DNA of 32,000 bases from Kordia sp. SMS9 (lineage in GTDB: Bacteria > Bacteroidota > Bacteroidia > Flavobacteriales > Flavobacteriaceae). The DNA lies in NCBI RefSeq assembly GCF_003352465.1, contig NZ_CP031153.1, positions 2,562,987 through 2,594,986 of the forward strand. Direction: 5' to 3'. Below, piece by piece: positions 18,045 to 27,186 of the stretch. Position 1 is the first letter of the stretch. Each line of letters opens with the position of its first letter. Both the position numbers and the translations under genes were made by a program. Below the pieces are notes generated by a model. That model was given only the letters and a program-made list of their open reading frames with translations. It did not search any database and was not told the origin of the DNA.

Positions 18045-19025
18045 CTACTTTTTAGCCAAAGCTAAAGCAACAGCATTGCCAAATAAGGCTTCTAAGGAAA
18101 TTCCAGCTTCTTTTGCTTGTTGTGGTAAAATACTTTCTTCGGTCATGCCAGGAACTGTATTGACTTCTAACAAATACGGTTCGTCATCCTTAAAAATAAA
18201 TTCACTTCGCGAAAAGCCTTCCATCTTTAAAATTTCATAAATATTCTTGGCAGCTTTAGACACTTTCTCTGTAAGTTCCTCTGAAATTCGCGCAGGTGTA
18301 ATTTCTTGTGATTGTCCTAAATACTTCGCTTCGTAATCAAAAAAATCATTTTCTGACACAATTTCTGTAATTGGCAATACCGTAACGTTTCCTTGATACT
18401 TAATAACGCCAACCGAAACTTCTACACCATCCAAAAACGATTCAATAATTACTTCGTCGTCTTCTTTAAGCGCAACTTCAATAGCATTTTGTAGTTCGTC
18501 AATTTTATGCACTTTGGAAACTCCAAAACTGCTTCCAGCTTTGTTGGCTTTTACAAAACACGGCAATCCTACTTTTGCTACAATTGCTTGTTCGTTTACA
18601 GCATCGCCAGCATTCAAATAATAAGAAGTTGCACATTTAATTCCGTAAGGTTTCAATGTAGATAACAAATCACGTTTATTAAAAGTTAAGGCTGCTTGAT
18701 ACATGCCACAACTTGTATGTGGAATGCCTAAAAGTTCCAAATATCCTTGCATATAACCATCTTCTCCAGGTGTTCCATGAATGGCATTAAATACACAATC
18801 AAATGTAATTTTGACACCATCAATTGTCACGGAAAAATCGTTTTTGTCAATAGGAAACTCTTGTGCATCTTCGGTAACACAAACCCACTTATTGCGAAAA
18901 ATATGCACTTTATACGCGTTGTATTTAGTGGAATCTAAATGTTTGTACACAACACTTCCTGTTTTCAACGAAATGGCGTATTCACTAGAATAACCGCCCA
19001 TAATAATGGCTATATTTTTCTTCAT
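18045..19025 (-). CDS. ddl: D-alanine--D-alanine ligase
   Basis: N-terminus IAIIMGGYSSEYAISL, FNAIHGTPGEDGYMQG, an ATP-grasp core, and LLEVNTVPGMTEESI near the C-terminus. Confidence 0.95.
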   Translation of the reverse strand: MKKNIAIIMGGYSSEYAISLKTGSVVYKHLDSTKYNAYKVHIFRNKWVCVTEDAQEFPIDKNDFSVTIDGVKITFDCVFNAIHGTPGEDGYMQGYLELLGIPHTSCGMYQAALTFNKRDLLSTLKPYGIKCATSYYLNAGDAVNEQAIVAKVGLPCFVKANKAGSSFGVSKVHKIDELQNAIEVALKEDDEVIIESFLDGVEVSVGVIKYQGNVTVLPITEIVSENDFFDYEAKYLGQSQEITPARISEELTEKVSKAAKNIYEILKMEGFSRSEFIFKDDEPYLLEVNTVPGMTEESILPQQAKEAGISLEALFGNAVALALAKK

Positions 19026-19279
19026 TCTAATAAGAAATAACTCAAATAAACGTTATAAAAACGAAAGTAATTGTATTTGTGGACAAATCAAAGTGGAATA
19101 TTAGGAATAATAGTGAACTCGTTTAGACTTTTAGGATTTAAGCGAAAATTAGAAATTTTGAGTTCTGTAGAAAGCTTTTTGGAGTTTCATAGCAGCATTA
19201 GGAACCTAGAAAAAGGTGAACACAGCACTTAAAAGAGCAATTTTTAGCAAATTAAAAAAGTTTACACGAGTTCAATATG

Positions 19280-19287
19280 TATATTTG
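19280..19287 (+). promoter_or_regulatory. Candidate -7 promoter element for the PASTA gene
   Basis: TATATTTG fits TAnnTTTG and ends 21 nt before the ATG at 19309. No clean -33 TTTG is present. Confidence 0.3.
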
Positions 19288-19308
19288 TCCTTTAAAAATG
19301 TAGTAGTA

Positions 19309-19938
19309 ATGAATTTTAAAAAGATTCTTGGGGCGATAAAAGCCTTTTTTGACCGATTTCCTATTTTAAAAGTATTTTTCAAACAAATAGGACTTGCCGT
19401 TGTAGTAGTGGTGATTTTAGTATTTTTAATTACCAAATGGCTTGATTTTTCTACCAATCACGGAGAATTTAAAACGGTGCCCGATTTAGCCAAACTTTCA
19501 TCGGAAGAAGCGATAGCGAAATTAGAAGAAAACGATTTAGACTACATTTTGGAAGATACGGTCAATTACAATCCTGATTTTCCTGCGTATTCCATCATTG
19601 AACAATATCCTGATGCGGGCGATAAAGTAAAAGAAGGACGTAAAATCTACTTAAAAATCAATCCGTCAAAATATAGAGAAGTAACGATTCCGCATGTAAT
19701 TCAAATTACTAGAAGAACGGCAGAATCTACCTTAAATGCTGTTGGATTTGAAGTTGAAAAAGTGACCTACAAAGACAATATTGGAAAAGACATGGTTTTA
19801 GGATTAAAATACAAAGGCAAAACGGTAGCGCCAAATGACAGACTTCCAAAAATGTCTAAACTCGAATTGATTTTAGGAAACGGAAAACGTCCGGGTTCTA
19901 GTAGTACTGATGAAAACGACAATGATGCAGGAGAATAA
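19309..19938 (+). CDS. PASTA domain-containing membrane protein
   Basis: One TM (LAVVVVVILVFLI) is followed by two PASTA-like repeats (FKTVPDLAKLSSEEAIAKL...; VTIPHVIQITRRTAESTLNAVGFEV...). It sits upstream of rluD, as is usual in flavobacteria. Confidence 0.7.
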   Translation: MNFKKILGAIKAFFDRFPILKVFFKQIGLAVVVVVILVFLITKWLDFSTNHGEFKTVPDLAKLSSEEAIAKLEENDLDYILEDTVNYNPDFPAYSIIEQYPDAGDKVKEGRKIYLKINPSKYREVTIPHVIQITRRTAESTLNAVGFEVEKVTYKDNIGKDMVLGLKYKGKTVAPNDRLPKMSKLELILGNGKRPGSSSTDENDNDAGE

Positions 19939-20965
19939 TTTTCCACAACCACAAGAAGAAACGGACGATTTATACGAACACTATTCATTTACCGCCGAAA
20001 AAGGGCAGCAGCCTTTGCGTGTGGATAAATATTTGATGAATTTTATTGAAGGTGCTACCCGAAATAAAATTCAACAAGCGGCGAAAGATGGCAATATTTA
20101 TGTGAACGACAAACCTGTAAAATCCAATTACAAAGTCAAAGGAAACGACGTAATTAAAGTATTATTCGCGTATCCACCATACGAAAATTTGTTGGTAGGC
20201 GAAGACATTCCAATTGATGTCGTATATGAAGATGACGATTTGCTGGTTGTCAATAAACCCGCGGGAATGGTGGTGCATCCTGGACACGGAAACTATTCAG
20301 GAACCTTGATCAACGCGTTGATTTATCACTTTGATAATTTGCCAAAAAATTCTAACGAGCGTCCAGGTTTGGTACACCGAATTGACAAAGATACTAGCGG
20401 ATTGTTGGTCGTTGCTAAAACCGAAGAAGCGATGACACATTTATCGAAACAATTTTTTGATAAAACTTCAGAGCGAATTTATTACGCGTTAGTTTGGGGA
20501 AATGTGGAAGAAGATGAAGGCACGGTGGAAGGCAATATTGGACGTCATCCAAAAAATAGATTGCAAAACACCGTATATACAGGAGAAGACGCCGATAAAG
20601 GAAAACCTGCAGTTACGCATTACAAAGTCTTAGAGCGTTTCGGATATGTTACCTTGGTTTCTTGCCAGTTAGAAACAGGTCGTACACACCAAATTCGTGT
20701 ACACATGAAGCATATTGGTCACACGTTATTCAATGACGAACGTTATGGCGGTGAACGCATTTTAAAAGGAACAACTTTTACAAAATACAAGCAATTTGTA
20801 GACAACTGCTTCAAGATTTTACCGCGACAAGCCTTGCACGCCAAAACCTTAGGATTCATTCATCCAAGAACAGGAGAAAAGATGAGTTTCAATTCAGAAG
20901 TGCCCAACGACATCAGTGAATGTATTGAAAAATGGCGCAACTATTCCAAGCATGTGGATATGTAG
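19910..20965 (+). CDS. rluD: RluA-family 23S rRNA pseudouridine synthase (RluD-like)
   Basis: An S4 domain plus the catalytic HRIDKDTSGLLVVAK and GRTHQIRVH motifs. The start could instead be 19922 or 19925. It overlaps the end of the PASTA gene. Confidence 0.9.
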   Translation: MKTTMMQENNFPQPQEETDDLYEHYSFTAEKGQQPLRVDKYLMNFIEGATRNKIQQAAKDGNIYVNDKPVKSNYKVKGNDVIKVLFAYPPYENLLVGEDIPIDVVYEDDDLLVVNKPAGMVVHPGHGNYSGTLINALIYHFDNLPKNSNERPGLVHRIDKDTSGLLVVAKTEEAMTHLSKQFFDKTSERIYYALVWGNVEEDEGTVEGNIGRHPKNRLQNTVYTGEDADKGKPAVTHYKVLERFGYVTLVSCQLETGRTHQIRVHMKHIGHTLFNDERYGGERILKGTTFTKYKQFVDNCFKILPRQALHAKTLGFIHPRTGEKMSFNSEVPNDISECIEKWRNYSKHVDM

Positions 20966-21041
20966 ATTTTACTAGGAGTGAGATGTTAGTATTGAGAATT
21001 GAGTATTGAGAAATCAACAAAAAGGCAAATCAACAAAAAAC

Positions 21042-21488
21042 CTACTTCTTCACGTCAAACAACAATGATTTCTTTTTCACATTAAGTTCAACTTGCGTGT
21101 ATTTTTTCTTTTTGATAAAGTTCAAATCTTTCTTGCTAACTTCTACACTAATTTGTGTCAACCAACGATTGAAAAGATCCGAAAAATCTGATTTTAACTC
21201 TTTACTGTCTGAAGTTAGCGTTAATTCATTTTCGCCTAAGAATTTTAATGTAGCACCTTTAAACGTCTTGATTTTAGTAGTATCTAAAACGATTAATTCC
21301 ATAAACATATAACCGTTCAATTCTTGAATTCCTGCCCAAATTCCGCCAGTTTCAGAAATCGCGATTTGTTCGCCAGGAATTTGTTTCGTTTGTTCAGCAG
21401 TCAACGGTTCAGTATACGCACGTTTAGTTGCTTTTGAACTTCCCATTTGGGCCAACACTTTATCAACGGATTTCATTAATTTCATCAC
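21042..21488 (-). CDS. hypothetical protein (148 aa, soluble, Lys-rich tail)
   Basis: Clean ATG ORF with no competing frame. I recognise no motif. Confidence 0.5.
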   Translation of the reverse strand: MMKLMKSVDKVLAQMGSSKATKRAYTEPLTAEQTKQIPGEQIAISETGGIWAGIQELNGYMFMELIVLDTTKIKTFKGATLKFLGENELTLTSDSKELKSDFSDLFNRWLTQISVEVSKKDLNFIKKKKYTQVELNVKKKSLLFDVKK

Positions 21489-21621
21489 ACTTATTTTTAG
21501 CGTTGCAAGATAGTGTTTTTTATGAAGTTATGATGGGAAGTTAAGGAGTTTATAGGTTTAGGAGTTTAATGGTTTATGAGTTTCAGTTTGAAAAGTAAAT
21601 TAACAAATAATGAACAAGAAA

Positions 21622-22173
21622 TTACAGCCTCAACAGTTTCTCCAAAATGTGGAGGTGTAACTTTTCACTTCTCAATTCAATAGTTAGAAGCTCATTTTCG
21701 ACTTTAATAATATAAATTTCTTTTGAAGCAAAAAGCGATTGTAAAACGTCTAATAGTTCCATAAAGAATTTTAGCTGTGCTCCATCAGTTTTTAGAACAT
21801 AGCCTGAGTAATTGTCTAAAGTTACATATGAAGGTCTCATGGAGTCTAACATTTTTTTCCTTCGAATAAAAAAAAGAGTATTCTTCAATCGTATATCTTT
21901 GAGTGTCCATTTGGCAAGCGTTAAAAGATTTTGAGATTTTGATGAGAACCAAATACTAATTGATCCAGAATATACAGATCGTTTGTACTGTAAACTCCAT
22001 GCTTTAGGTGTTTTAATTTTGCCATAAATATTGTAACTCCATGCATTAAAATTCCCTTTGACCAAACCATTTTTTGTTGCTATAAAGTTTTCAAACTCTT
22101 GACAGATTTTTTTGTTTTCTTTATAAAATGGTGAATTATGTTCGTCTTTAAGTGCGTTAGATTTGATTTTCAT
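21622..22173 (-). CDS. hypothetical protein (183 aa from the ATG at 22173; the track's TTG start at 22212 is possible)
   Basis: ORF in a very AT-rich stretch, basic, with no TM or signal peptide and no recognisable motif. Confidence 0.42.
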   Translation of the reverse strand: MKIKSNALKDEHNSPFYKENKKICQEFENFIATKNGLVKGNFNAWSYNIYGKIKTPKAWSLQYKRSVYSGSISIWFSSKSQNLLTLAKWTLKDIRLKNTLFFIRRKKMLDSMRPSYVTLDNYSGYVLKTDGAQLKFFMELLDVLQSLFASKEIYIIKVENELLTIELRSEKLHLHILEKLLRL

Positions 22174-22391
22174 ATACCAATTAGTGAATGAAAGCCTAGT
22201 TTCGTTACGCAAAACAGGCTGGAAGTTTAGGAGTTTACGTTTCTAACAAAAAATAAAGCTAAATTTTAAATATTTTTCATCTAACATCTGAAGCACGTAA
22301 TTTTAACCATCATAAAAAACTCTTATTTTCATATAAAGGATAACTTTTTGAAAACCTGTTTTTTATCTTTATAAAACTGTAATTTTATACC

Positions 22392-23048
22392 ATGCAAATT
22401 AGCGAGTTAACTCTTTTTACGACAAATTTAGAAGCGCAACAACACTTTTATACCAACGTGTTGGAGTTGCCTTTAGTTTCCGCTTTCGCGGGAACGTTTA
22501 CAGTCAAAGTTGGAGTTTCTACAGTAACTTTTGTAAAATCAGAACGTATACATCCTGCGCATTTTGCGATCAATATTTCTTCGTATAAAATTAAACAAGC
22601 GCTTAAATGGATTCAAAAGCGAACTGATATTTTGCTATGCGATGGCAAACCCATTGCTGATTTTTCAAACTGGAATGCAGATGCATTGTATTTTTATGAC
22701 AAAGACAAAAACATTGTGGAGTTCATTGCGCGCAGAGATTTAGACGTAATCAATACGCATCCGTTTTCTACTGCTGATATTTTAAATATTAGTGAAATCG
22801 CAATCGTTTCAGACGATAATGAAGCCATCTATCATCAAATTAATGTCATGCGTCCTATTGAAATATATGATGGAAGTTTTGATCGTTTTTGCGTTTTAGG
22901 AAATGCGGAAGGCTTGTTCATTCTTGTAAATAATACCAAGAAAAAATGGTATCCGACACAAGAAGATGCTTTTCCTGCTGATTTTCATATCAAAGGTGAT
23001 TATAATTTTGCGTTTATAAACGGAAAAATAGTCACAGAAAAAGTGTAA
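22392..23048 (+). CDS. VOC (glyoxalase/bleomycin-resistance/dioxygenase-like) family protein
   Basis: The N-terminus ISELTLFTTNLEAQQHFYTNVLELPL and HPAHFAINIS have the beta-alpha-beta-beta-beta VOC pattern. The call is by eye. Confidence 0.5.
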   Translation: MQISELTLFTTNLEAQQHFYTNVLELPLVSAFAGTFTVKVGVSTVTFVKSERIHPAHFAINISSYKIKQALKWIQKRTDILLCDGKPIADFSNWNADALYFYDKDKNIVEFIARRDLDVINTHPFSTADILNISEIAIVSDDNEAIYHQINVMRPIEIYDGSFDRFCVLGNAEGLFILVNNTKKKWYPTQEDAFPADFHIKGDYNFAFINGKIVTEKV

Positions 23049-23079
23049 TTTTAACATTCAAAAAAGAAAAAGAAGATTT

Positions 23080-23838
23080 ATGAAGATTGTAATCTCTCCT
23101 GCAAAGTCACTTGATTTAGAAAGTAGCATTCCAACAGCAAAATATACGGAAGCTTGTTTTTTAAAAGAAGCTGAGCGATTGAATAAGGTGTTGAAGAAGA
23201 AATCGCGTAAGCAATTATCAAAACTGATGAATATTTCGGATGCTTTGGCAGATTTGAATTATCAGCGAAATCAAGAATGGGCATTGCCCTTTACCACCGA
23301 AAATGCACGTCCGAGTATTTATACTTTTAGTGGACAAGTTTTTCAAGGATTGGACGCGTTTTCACTTCCTTCAGCTAAAATTGATACGCTTCAAAGTACC
23401 TTACGAATTCTTTCAGGACAATACGGATTGTTGAAACCGTTGGATTTAATGCAACCGTATCGCTTAGAAATGGGCACAAGATTGCCTGTTGGGAAGAATA
23501 AAAATCTATACGAATTCTGGAAAAAGAAAGTCACCTCACAATTGAATGAAGAACTAGCAGATGACGAATTATTTGTAAACTTAGCCAGCAACGAATACTA
23601 TAAAGCTGTAGATGCAAAAGTGTTGAAAGTTCCAGTAATTACGCCCGTTTTTAAAGATTTCAAAAATGGCGAATACAAAACCATCATGACCTATGCAAAA
23701 TTAGCTAGAGGATATATGACACGCTACATTATTGAAAAAAACGCACAAACGATTGACGATTTAAAAGGGTTTAATTATGAAGGCTACGGTTTTAGTGAAG
23801 AACTTTCAAGCGGAAACGAATTAGTGTTTACACGATAA
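23080..23838 (+). CDS. yaaA: peroxide stress protein YaaA (DUF328/UPF0246)
   Basis: MKIVISPAKSLD..., LSGQYGLLKPLDLMQPYRLEMG and AKLARGYMTRYI are characteristic of YaaA. Confidence 0.85.
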   Translation: MKIVISPAKSLDLESSIPTAKYTEACFLKEAERLNKVLKKKSRKQLSKLMNISDALADLNYQRNQEWALPFTTENARPSIYTFSGQVFQGLDAFSLPSAKIDTLQSTLRILSGQYGLLKPLDLMQPYRLEMGTRLPVGKNKNLYEFWKKKVTSQLNEELADDELFVNLASNEYYKAVDAKVLKVPVITPVFKDFKNGEYKTIMTYAKLARGYMTRYIIEKNAQTIDDLKGFNYEGYGFSEELSSGNELVFTR

Positions 23839-23841
23839 ATA

Positions 23842-24579
23842 ATGATCCGATTTTATACACCTGTTCTACTATTACAAGTATTTTGCATGTATCATGCATA
23901 CAAAAATAAAAAGGACAATTTTTGGTACTATTTGATCATGATTCTTCCATTAGTTGGCGCTTTAATTTATCTTTTCTCACAAGTATTCAACAAAAGAGAC
24001 TTAGAAAAAGTAACTGAAGAAATTGCGACGGTAATCATTCCTTCCAAAAAAGTAAAAGATGCCGAAAGACAATTGGCTTTTGCTGACACATTTCAAAACA
24101 GAGTGGCATTGGCGGATGCCTATTTTGAAAATGACGACTATGAGAATGCAAGTTTGCATTATGAAGCAGCTTTGAAAGGAAATTTTCAAAAAGATTTCTA
24201 TGTCATTTCCCAGATGATTCAAACCATGAGTCAATCACAAAACTATGAAGAAGTGATCCGGTTGGCAGAAGAAATTAAAGATAATTTTGAATTTAAAAAC
24301 TCAAAATCACAGTTTGTTTATGGACTTGCTTTAGATAAATTGGGTAGGATAGAAGAAGCCGAAGAAAATCTTAAAAACATCGATCAACGCTACTCCAATT
24401 ATGCAGAACGCTATACGTTGGCGAAGTTTTATCATAAGAATGGAAACATTGCGAAAACCATTGAAATATTGGATGATATTATTACGGAGTCGCAACACAT
24501 GTCGTCACACAATCGCAGAACCTATCGTCAAGTGGTTATCAATGTTATAAAATTTCGAGAAGAACTCGATACGCTATAA
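23842..24579 (+). CDS. membrane-anchored TPR-like protein with a PLDc_N-type N-terminal anchor
   Basis: The N-terminus CMYHAYKNKKDNFWYYLIMILPLVGALIYLF resembles the PLD-nuclease N-terminal membrane motif. The remainder is helical-repeat-like (ADAYFENDDYENASLHYEAALK). Confidence 0.5.
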   Translation: MIRFYTPVLLLQVFCMYHAYKNKKDNFWYYLIMILPLVGALIYLFSQVFNKRDLEKVTEEIATVIIPSKKVKDAERQLAFADTFQNRVALADAYFENDDYENASLHYEAALKGNFQKDFYVISQMIQTMSQSQNYEEVIRLAEEIKDNFEFKNSKSQFVYGLALDKLGRIEEAEENLKNIDQRYSNYAERYTLAKFYHKNGNIAKTIEILDDIITESQHMSSHNRRTYRQVVINVIKFREELDTL

Positions 24580-24583
24580 TTGT

Positions 24584-25306
24584 ATGTTTTTTCACAAACA
24601 TCCATACGCGCCTTTTATTCATGAAGATACCGAGAAATTAATCGTTGGAACTTTGCCGCCACCGCGATTTTCCACTGGCGAGTTGCTTGAGAAAGACGTC
24701 GATTTCTGTTATGGAAGTTATTACAATTCGCTTTGGTTATTTATTGATAAAATCTACAATTTAAAATTACGCTACGACAATTCGCAAGAAGCCATTACGC
24801 AACGAAAGCAATTTTTAATCACACATAAAATTGGGGTTTGTGACATTGTTGACAGTTGTGAGCGACAAAAAATTGATGCTTCCGATTTGGGCATGCAACA
24901 CATACAATTGCGTGATCTCATTGGCTATTTGCAAAAATATCCAAGCGTTCATACCATTTTATTCACAGGTGGAAACTCTAAAAACGGACCAGAATATTTC
25001 TTTCGAAGACACATCAAATCGTATAACTTGAAACTAGAAGTCGTTTCGGACAACGTTCCAAGAATTCATCAATTTGATTTGAGTTTGGCTCAAAAAGTAC
25101 ATTCTACTGAACTTGATTCAGCGTCAAAAAAAGAAATGTCATATCGAGCCGAATCGAGATACATCAAAACCGTTTCCTTAACCTCATCTTCTGGCGCTGC
25201 CAATCGTGCCATTGGAAGCATTCCGTTGTACAAAAAACTCAAAAAAGAAAACCCAAAATTCACTACGTTTGACTTTCGCGTGTTGCAGTATCGGGCGTTT
25301 TTTTAA
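24584..25306 (+). CDS. UDG-superfamily DNA glycosylase-like protein (hypoxanthine/deoxyinosine glycosylase-like), longer than I expect for this family
   Basis: LIVGTLPPPRFS...CYGSYYNSLW resembles motif A of family-6-like UDGs, and LTSSSGAANRA resembles the motif-B P-S-x-S-x-x-N loop. The assignment is by eye only. Confidence 0.42.
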   Translation: MFFHKHPYAPFIHEDTEKLIVGTLPPPRFSTGELLEKDVDFCYGSYYNSLWLFIDKIYNLKLRYDNSQEAITQRKQFLITHKIGVCDIVDSCERQKIDASDLGMQHIQLRDLIGYLQKYPSVHTILFTGGNSKNGPEYFFRRHIKSYNLKLEVVSDNVPRIHQFDLSLAQKVHSTELDSASKKEMSYRAESRYIKTVSLTSSSGAANRAIGSIPLYKKLKKENPKFTTFDFRVLQYRAFF

Positions 25307-25809
25307 GGTTTTAGTTTTGACTTTACATGTTTTTCTAACTTTCCTTTTTTCTGTAACTTCTTATAACGTTCTATCGGCTTTATTTTACCTGTAGTTTTTT
25401 TATTTGCTTCATAAAAAGTAAGTACACTTTCAATCCCACGAACATTTCCCAGTAAGCTGTTTTTATAATCTTTATTCTCGATACAATACGAAGCCCATCC
25501 TGCAAGATAAATCATAAACGATTCAGGAGATTCTTCTAAAAATGTAACAATATCTATATTAATGTCAAAAGTGATACTTGGTGTTCCTTCAAACCATTTC
25601 AGTAGAAATGCACTCACCTCTTTACGTTTCGTAATTTGAGAGTTAATAGGTGTTTCTATAAGCCATTTGGTAGCTGCAACAACATCTTTTTCGTATTTAA
25701 CATAGTCTTCTGCTTTTTTTAGCTTGTAATCTGGAACTTCAAATTCTTGTGCTTGAGTCGTCACAAAAGTGCATAGTACTAAAGCGAGGGTACATAATTT
25801 TCTAATCAT
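25303..25809 (-). CDS. hypothetical secreted protein
   Basis: The signal peptide MIRKLCTLALVLCTFVTTQAQE starts at the internal ATG 25809. The upstream extension to 25923 crosses a strong terminator hairpin, so I reject it. Confidence 0.55.
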   Translation of the reverse strand: MIRKLCTLALVLCTFVTTQAQEFEVPDYKLKKAEDYVKYEKDVVAATKWLIETPINSQITKRKEVSAFLLKWFEGTPSITFDINIDIVTFLEESPESFMIYLAGWASYCIENKDYKNSLLGNVRGIESVLTFYEANKKTTGKIKPIERYKKLQKKGKLEKHVKSKLKP

Positions 25810-25849
25810 ACTAAAAGTTTTAATGTAGTGTAATATAAAAACTATCTCA

Positions 25850-25897
25850 TTAAAAAAGTAAAAGAGAGCTTTAATTTTTACACTAAAGCTCTCTTTA
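25850..25897 (-). terminator. Rho-independent terminator after the metallophosphoesterase gene
   Basis: A perfect 13-bp stem AAAGAGAGCTTTA (25861-25873) / TAAAGCTCTCTTT (25884-25896) with a 10-nt loop. On the minus strand it is followed by TACTTTTTT. Confidence 0.75.
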
Positions 25898-25901
25898 CAA
25901 T

Positions 25902-25989
25902 TATCATCGGTTTCCTTTTTCAAAAGGAGGTTTCCAATTCTTAGTTTTCATAATGGTTTTGACTTCTTCGTACGATAACGGATAAAAGT
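25902..25989. repeat. 88-nt direct repeat, copy A (functional 3' end of the metallophosphoesterase gene)
   Basis: 87/88 identical to 27187-27274. The single difference (25943 A versus 27228 T) is synonymous in the gene frame. Confidence 0.95.
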
Positions 25990-26467
25990 TGTGACAATCA
26001 ACACCGATATCAAACGATAAAGAAGTATCAATATCAACTAAAGTTCCGTGTGAATGTCCATACAAATGATACGTTCCCCAGTGAGATGCATTCCATTCGC
26101 GCAACGCATAATGAAATAATACAATTAGTTGCTCACCACGTTCAAACTCGTCGTCTTTTACAACCAACTCATAATAGTCTTTAATCCATTCAAAACGAGT
26201 GTGACACGCTTGCGCAGATTTTTCGTGGTTTCCATTAATCAAATAGATTTTACCATTCAATCTATCTAAAATCTTTCTTAATTTCCCTGAAGAAGCCAAT
26301 CCCACGTCACCTAAGTGATACACTTCGTCTTCGGGTTTTATTTTTTCATTCTATCGTTGGATCAATGCTTCATCCATTTCATCAACATCAGCAAACGGAC
26401 GTTCAGAAAATTTAAGAATGTTTTTATGTCCAAAGTGATGATCTGAAGTAAAAAATATAGTACTCAT
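25904..26467 (-). pseudogene. COG4186-like metallophosphoesterase interrupted by an in-frame TAG at codon 39
   Basis: Minus-strand translation from the ATG at 26467 gives MSTIFFTSDHHFGHKNILKFSERPFADVDEMDEALIQR*NEKIKPEDEVYHLGDV...NGNHE...YGHSHG. All calcineurin-like motifs lie in one frame. The stop is at 26351-26353, where the family consensus has Trp as I recall it (TGG to TAG). Confidence 0.75.
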
Positions 26468-26671
26468 TTTTTTAATTTTTAATTCAATGATATTTTTTAA
26501 ACTTCGGTTTTAATTGAAATCGAAATTTCAACTTTGGACGCATCAAATTACATCTTTCTAGTTTTAAAAGTGTTCATGATTTTTAATTTTAAGAAGCAAG
26601 CGTAGTAAAAACAATCCGCCGAATTTTGCCTTTTTGCTTTTCTAATTTTGGGAAATTAAAAAAATAAGGCG

Positions 26672-27088
26672 TTACCAATTTATTTTTACGCCAATTTCAT
26701 CAATATCATCATTAAATTCTGCTTTCGGATCTGGCCCATATTGATTCGGTCCGTATTGTCCTTCTGTACAAAGTAATACCAACAACCAAATTCCGCCAAT
26801 TAATGGAATGAAAGCAACGAGAAGCATCCAACCACTATTTCCTGTGTCGTGTAATCTACGTACTAAAACCGCCAAATTTGGAATAAATACATACAAAGCA
26901 TACGCTAACATTACTAATCCAGGAATGTAAATGAGAAACGGGGAAATGGCACCAAAGATTCCGATGGCTACACCAAATCCAATTTGAATGATAAGATTAA
27001 ACAAAATAAACATCCAGTATTCTTTACGTCTTGCTCTGCCTTCAAAGTTTGAAAAATTATCACGTACCACTTTTAGAAACCATTCCAT
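26672..27088 (-). CDS. DUF805 family inner-membrane protein
   Basis: The N-terminus FSNFEGRARRKEYWMFILFNLII is followed by three TM segments and RRLHDTGNSGW, all typical of DUF805 (YhaH/YhaI-like). Confidence 0.75.
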   Translation of the reverse strand: MEWFLKVVRDNFSNFEGRARRKEYWMFILFNLIIQIGFGVAIGIFGAISPFLIYIPGLVMLAYALYVFIPNLAVLVRRLHDTGNSGWMLLVAFIPLIGGIWLLVLLCTEGQYGPNQYGPDPKAEFNDDIDEIGVKINW

Positions 27089-27116
27089 CTTTATAATTTT
27101 TATTAGTTTTAGAATT

Positions 27117-27124
27117 CAAATATA
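27117..27124 (-). promoter_or_regulatory. Candidate -7 promoter element for the DUF805 gene
   Basis: The minus strand reads TATATTTG (TAnnTTTG), ending 28 nt upstream of the ATG at 27088. No clean -33 element is present. Confidence 0.33.
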
Positions 27125-27145
27125 AAAACTGTACGAATATGAATC

Positions 27146-27177
27146 ATAAAAAAACTCTAAAATCTACTTTTTAGAGG
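27146..27177 (-). terminator. Rho-independent terminator downstream of the lipoprotein gene and of repeat copy B
   Basis: On the minus strand the stem CTCTAAAA / TTTTAGAG (27169-27176 and 27155-27162) has a 6-nt loop and is followed by TTTTTTT (plus-strand A-run 27148-27154). Confidence 0.55.
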
Positions 27178-27186
27178 TTTTATTTG

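Noticed and set aside
22333-22383. Imperfect inverted repeat TATAAAGGATAA / TTATCTTTATA just upstream of the VOC gene start
   Set aside because: It is short, imperfect and AT-rich in an AT-rich spacer, and could easily arise by chance. I have no second copy or known operator consensus to support it.
25303-25306. Convergent UDG-like and secreted-protein genes sharing 4 nt at their stops (TTAA)
   Set aside because: This is a trivial consequence of the TTAA palindrome, in which TAA can be read on both strands. No regulatory implication can be supported from the sequence alone.
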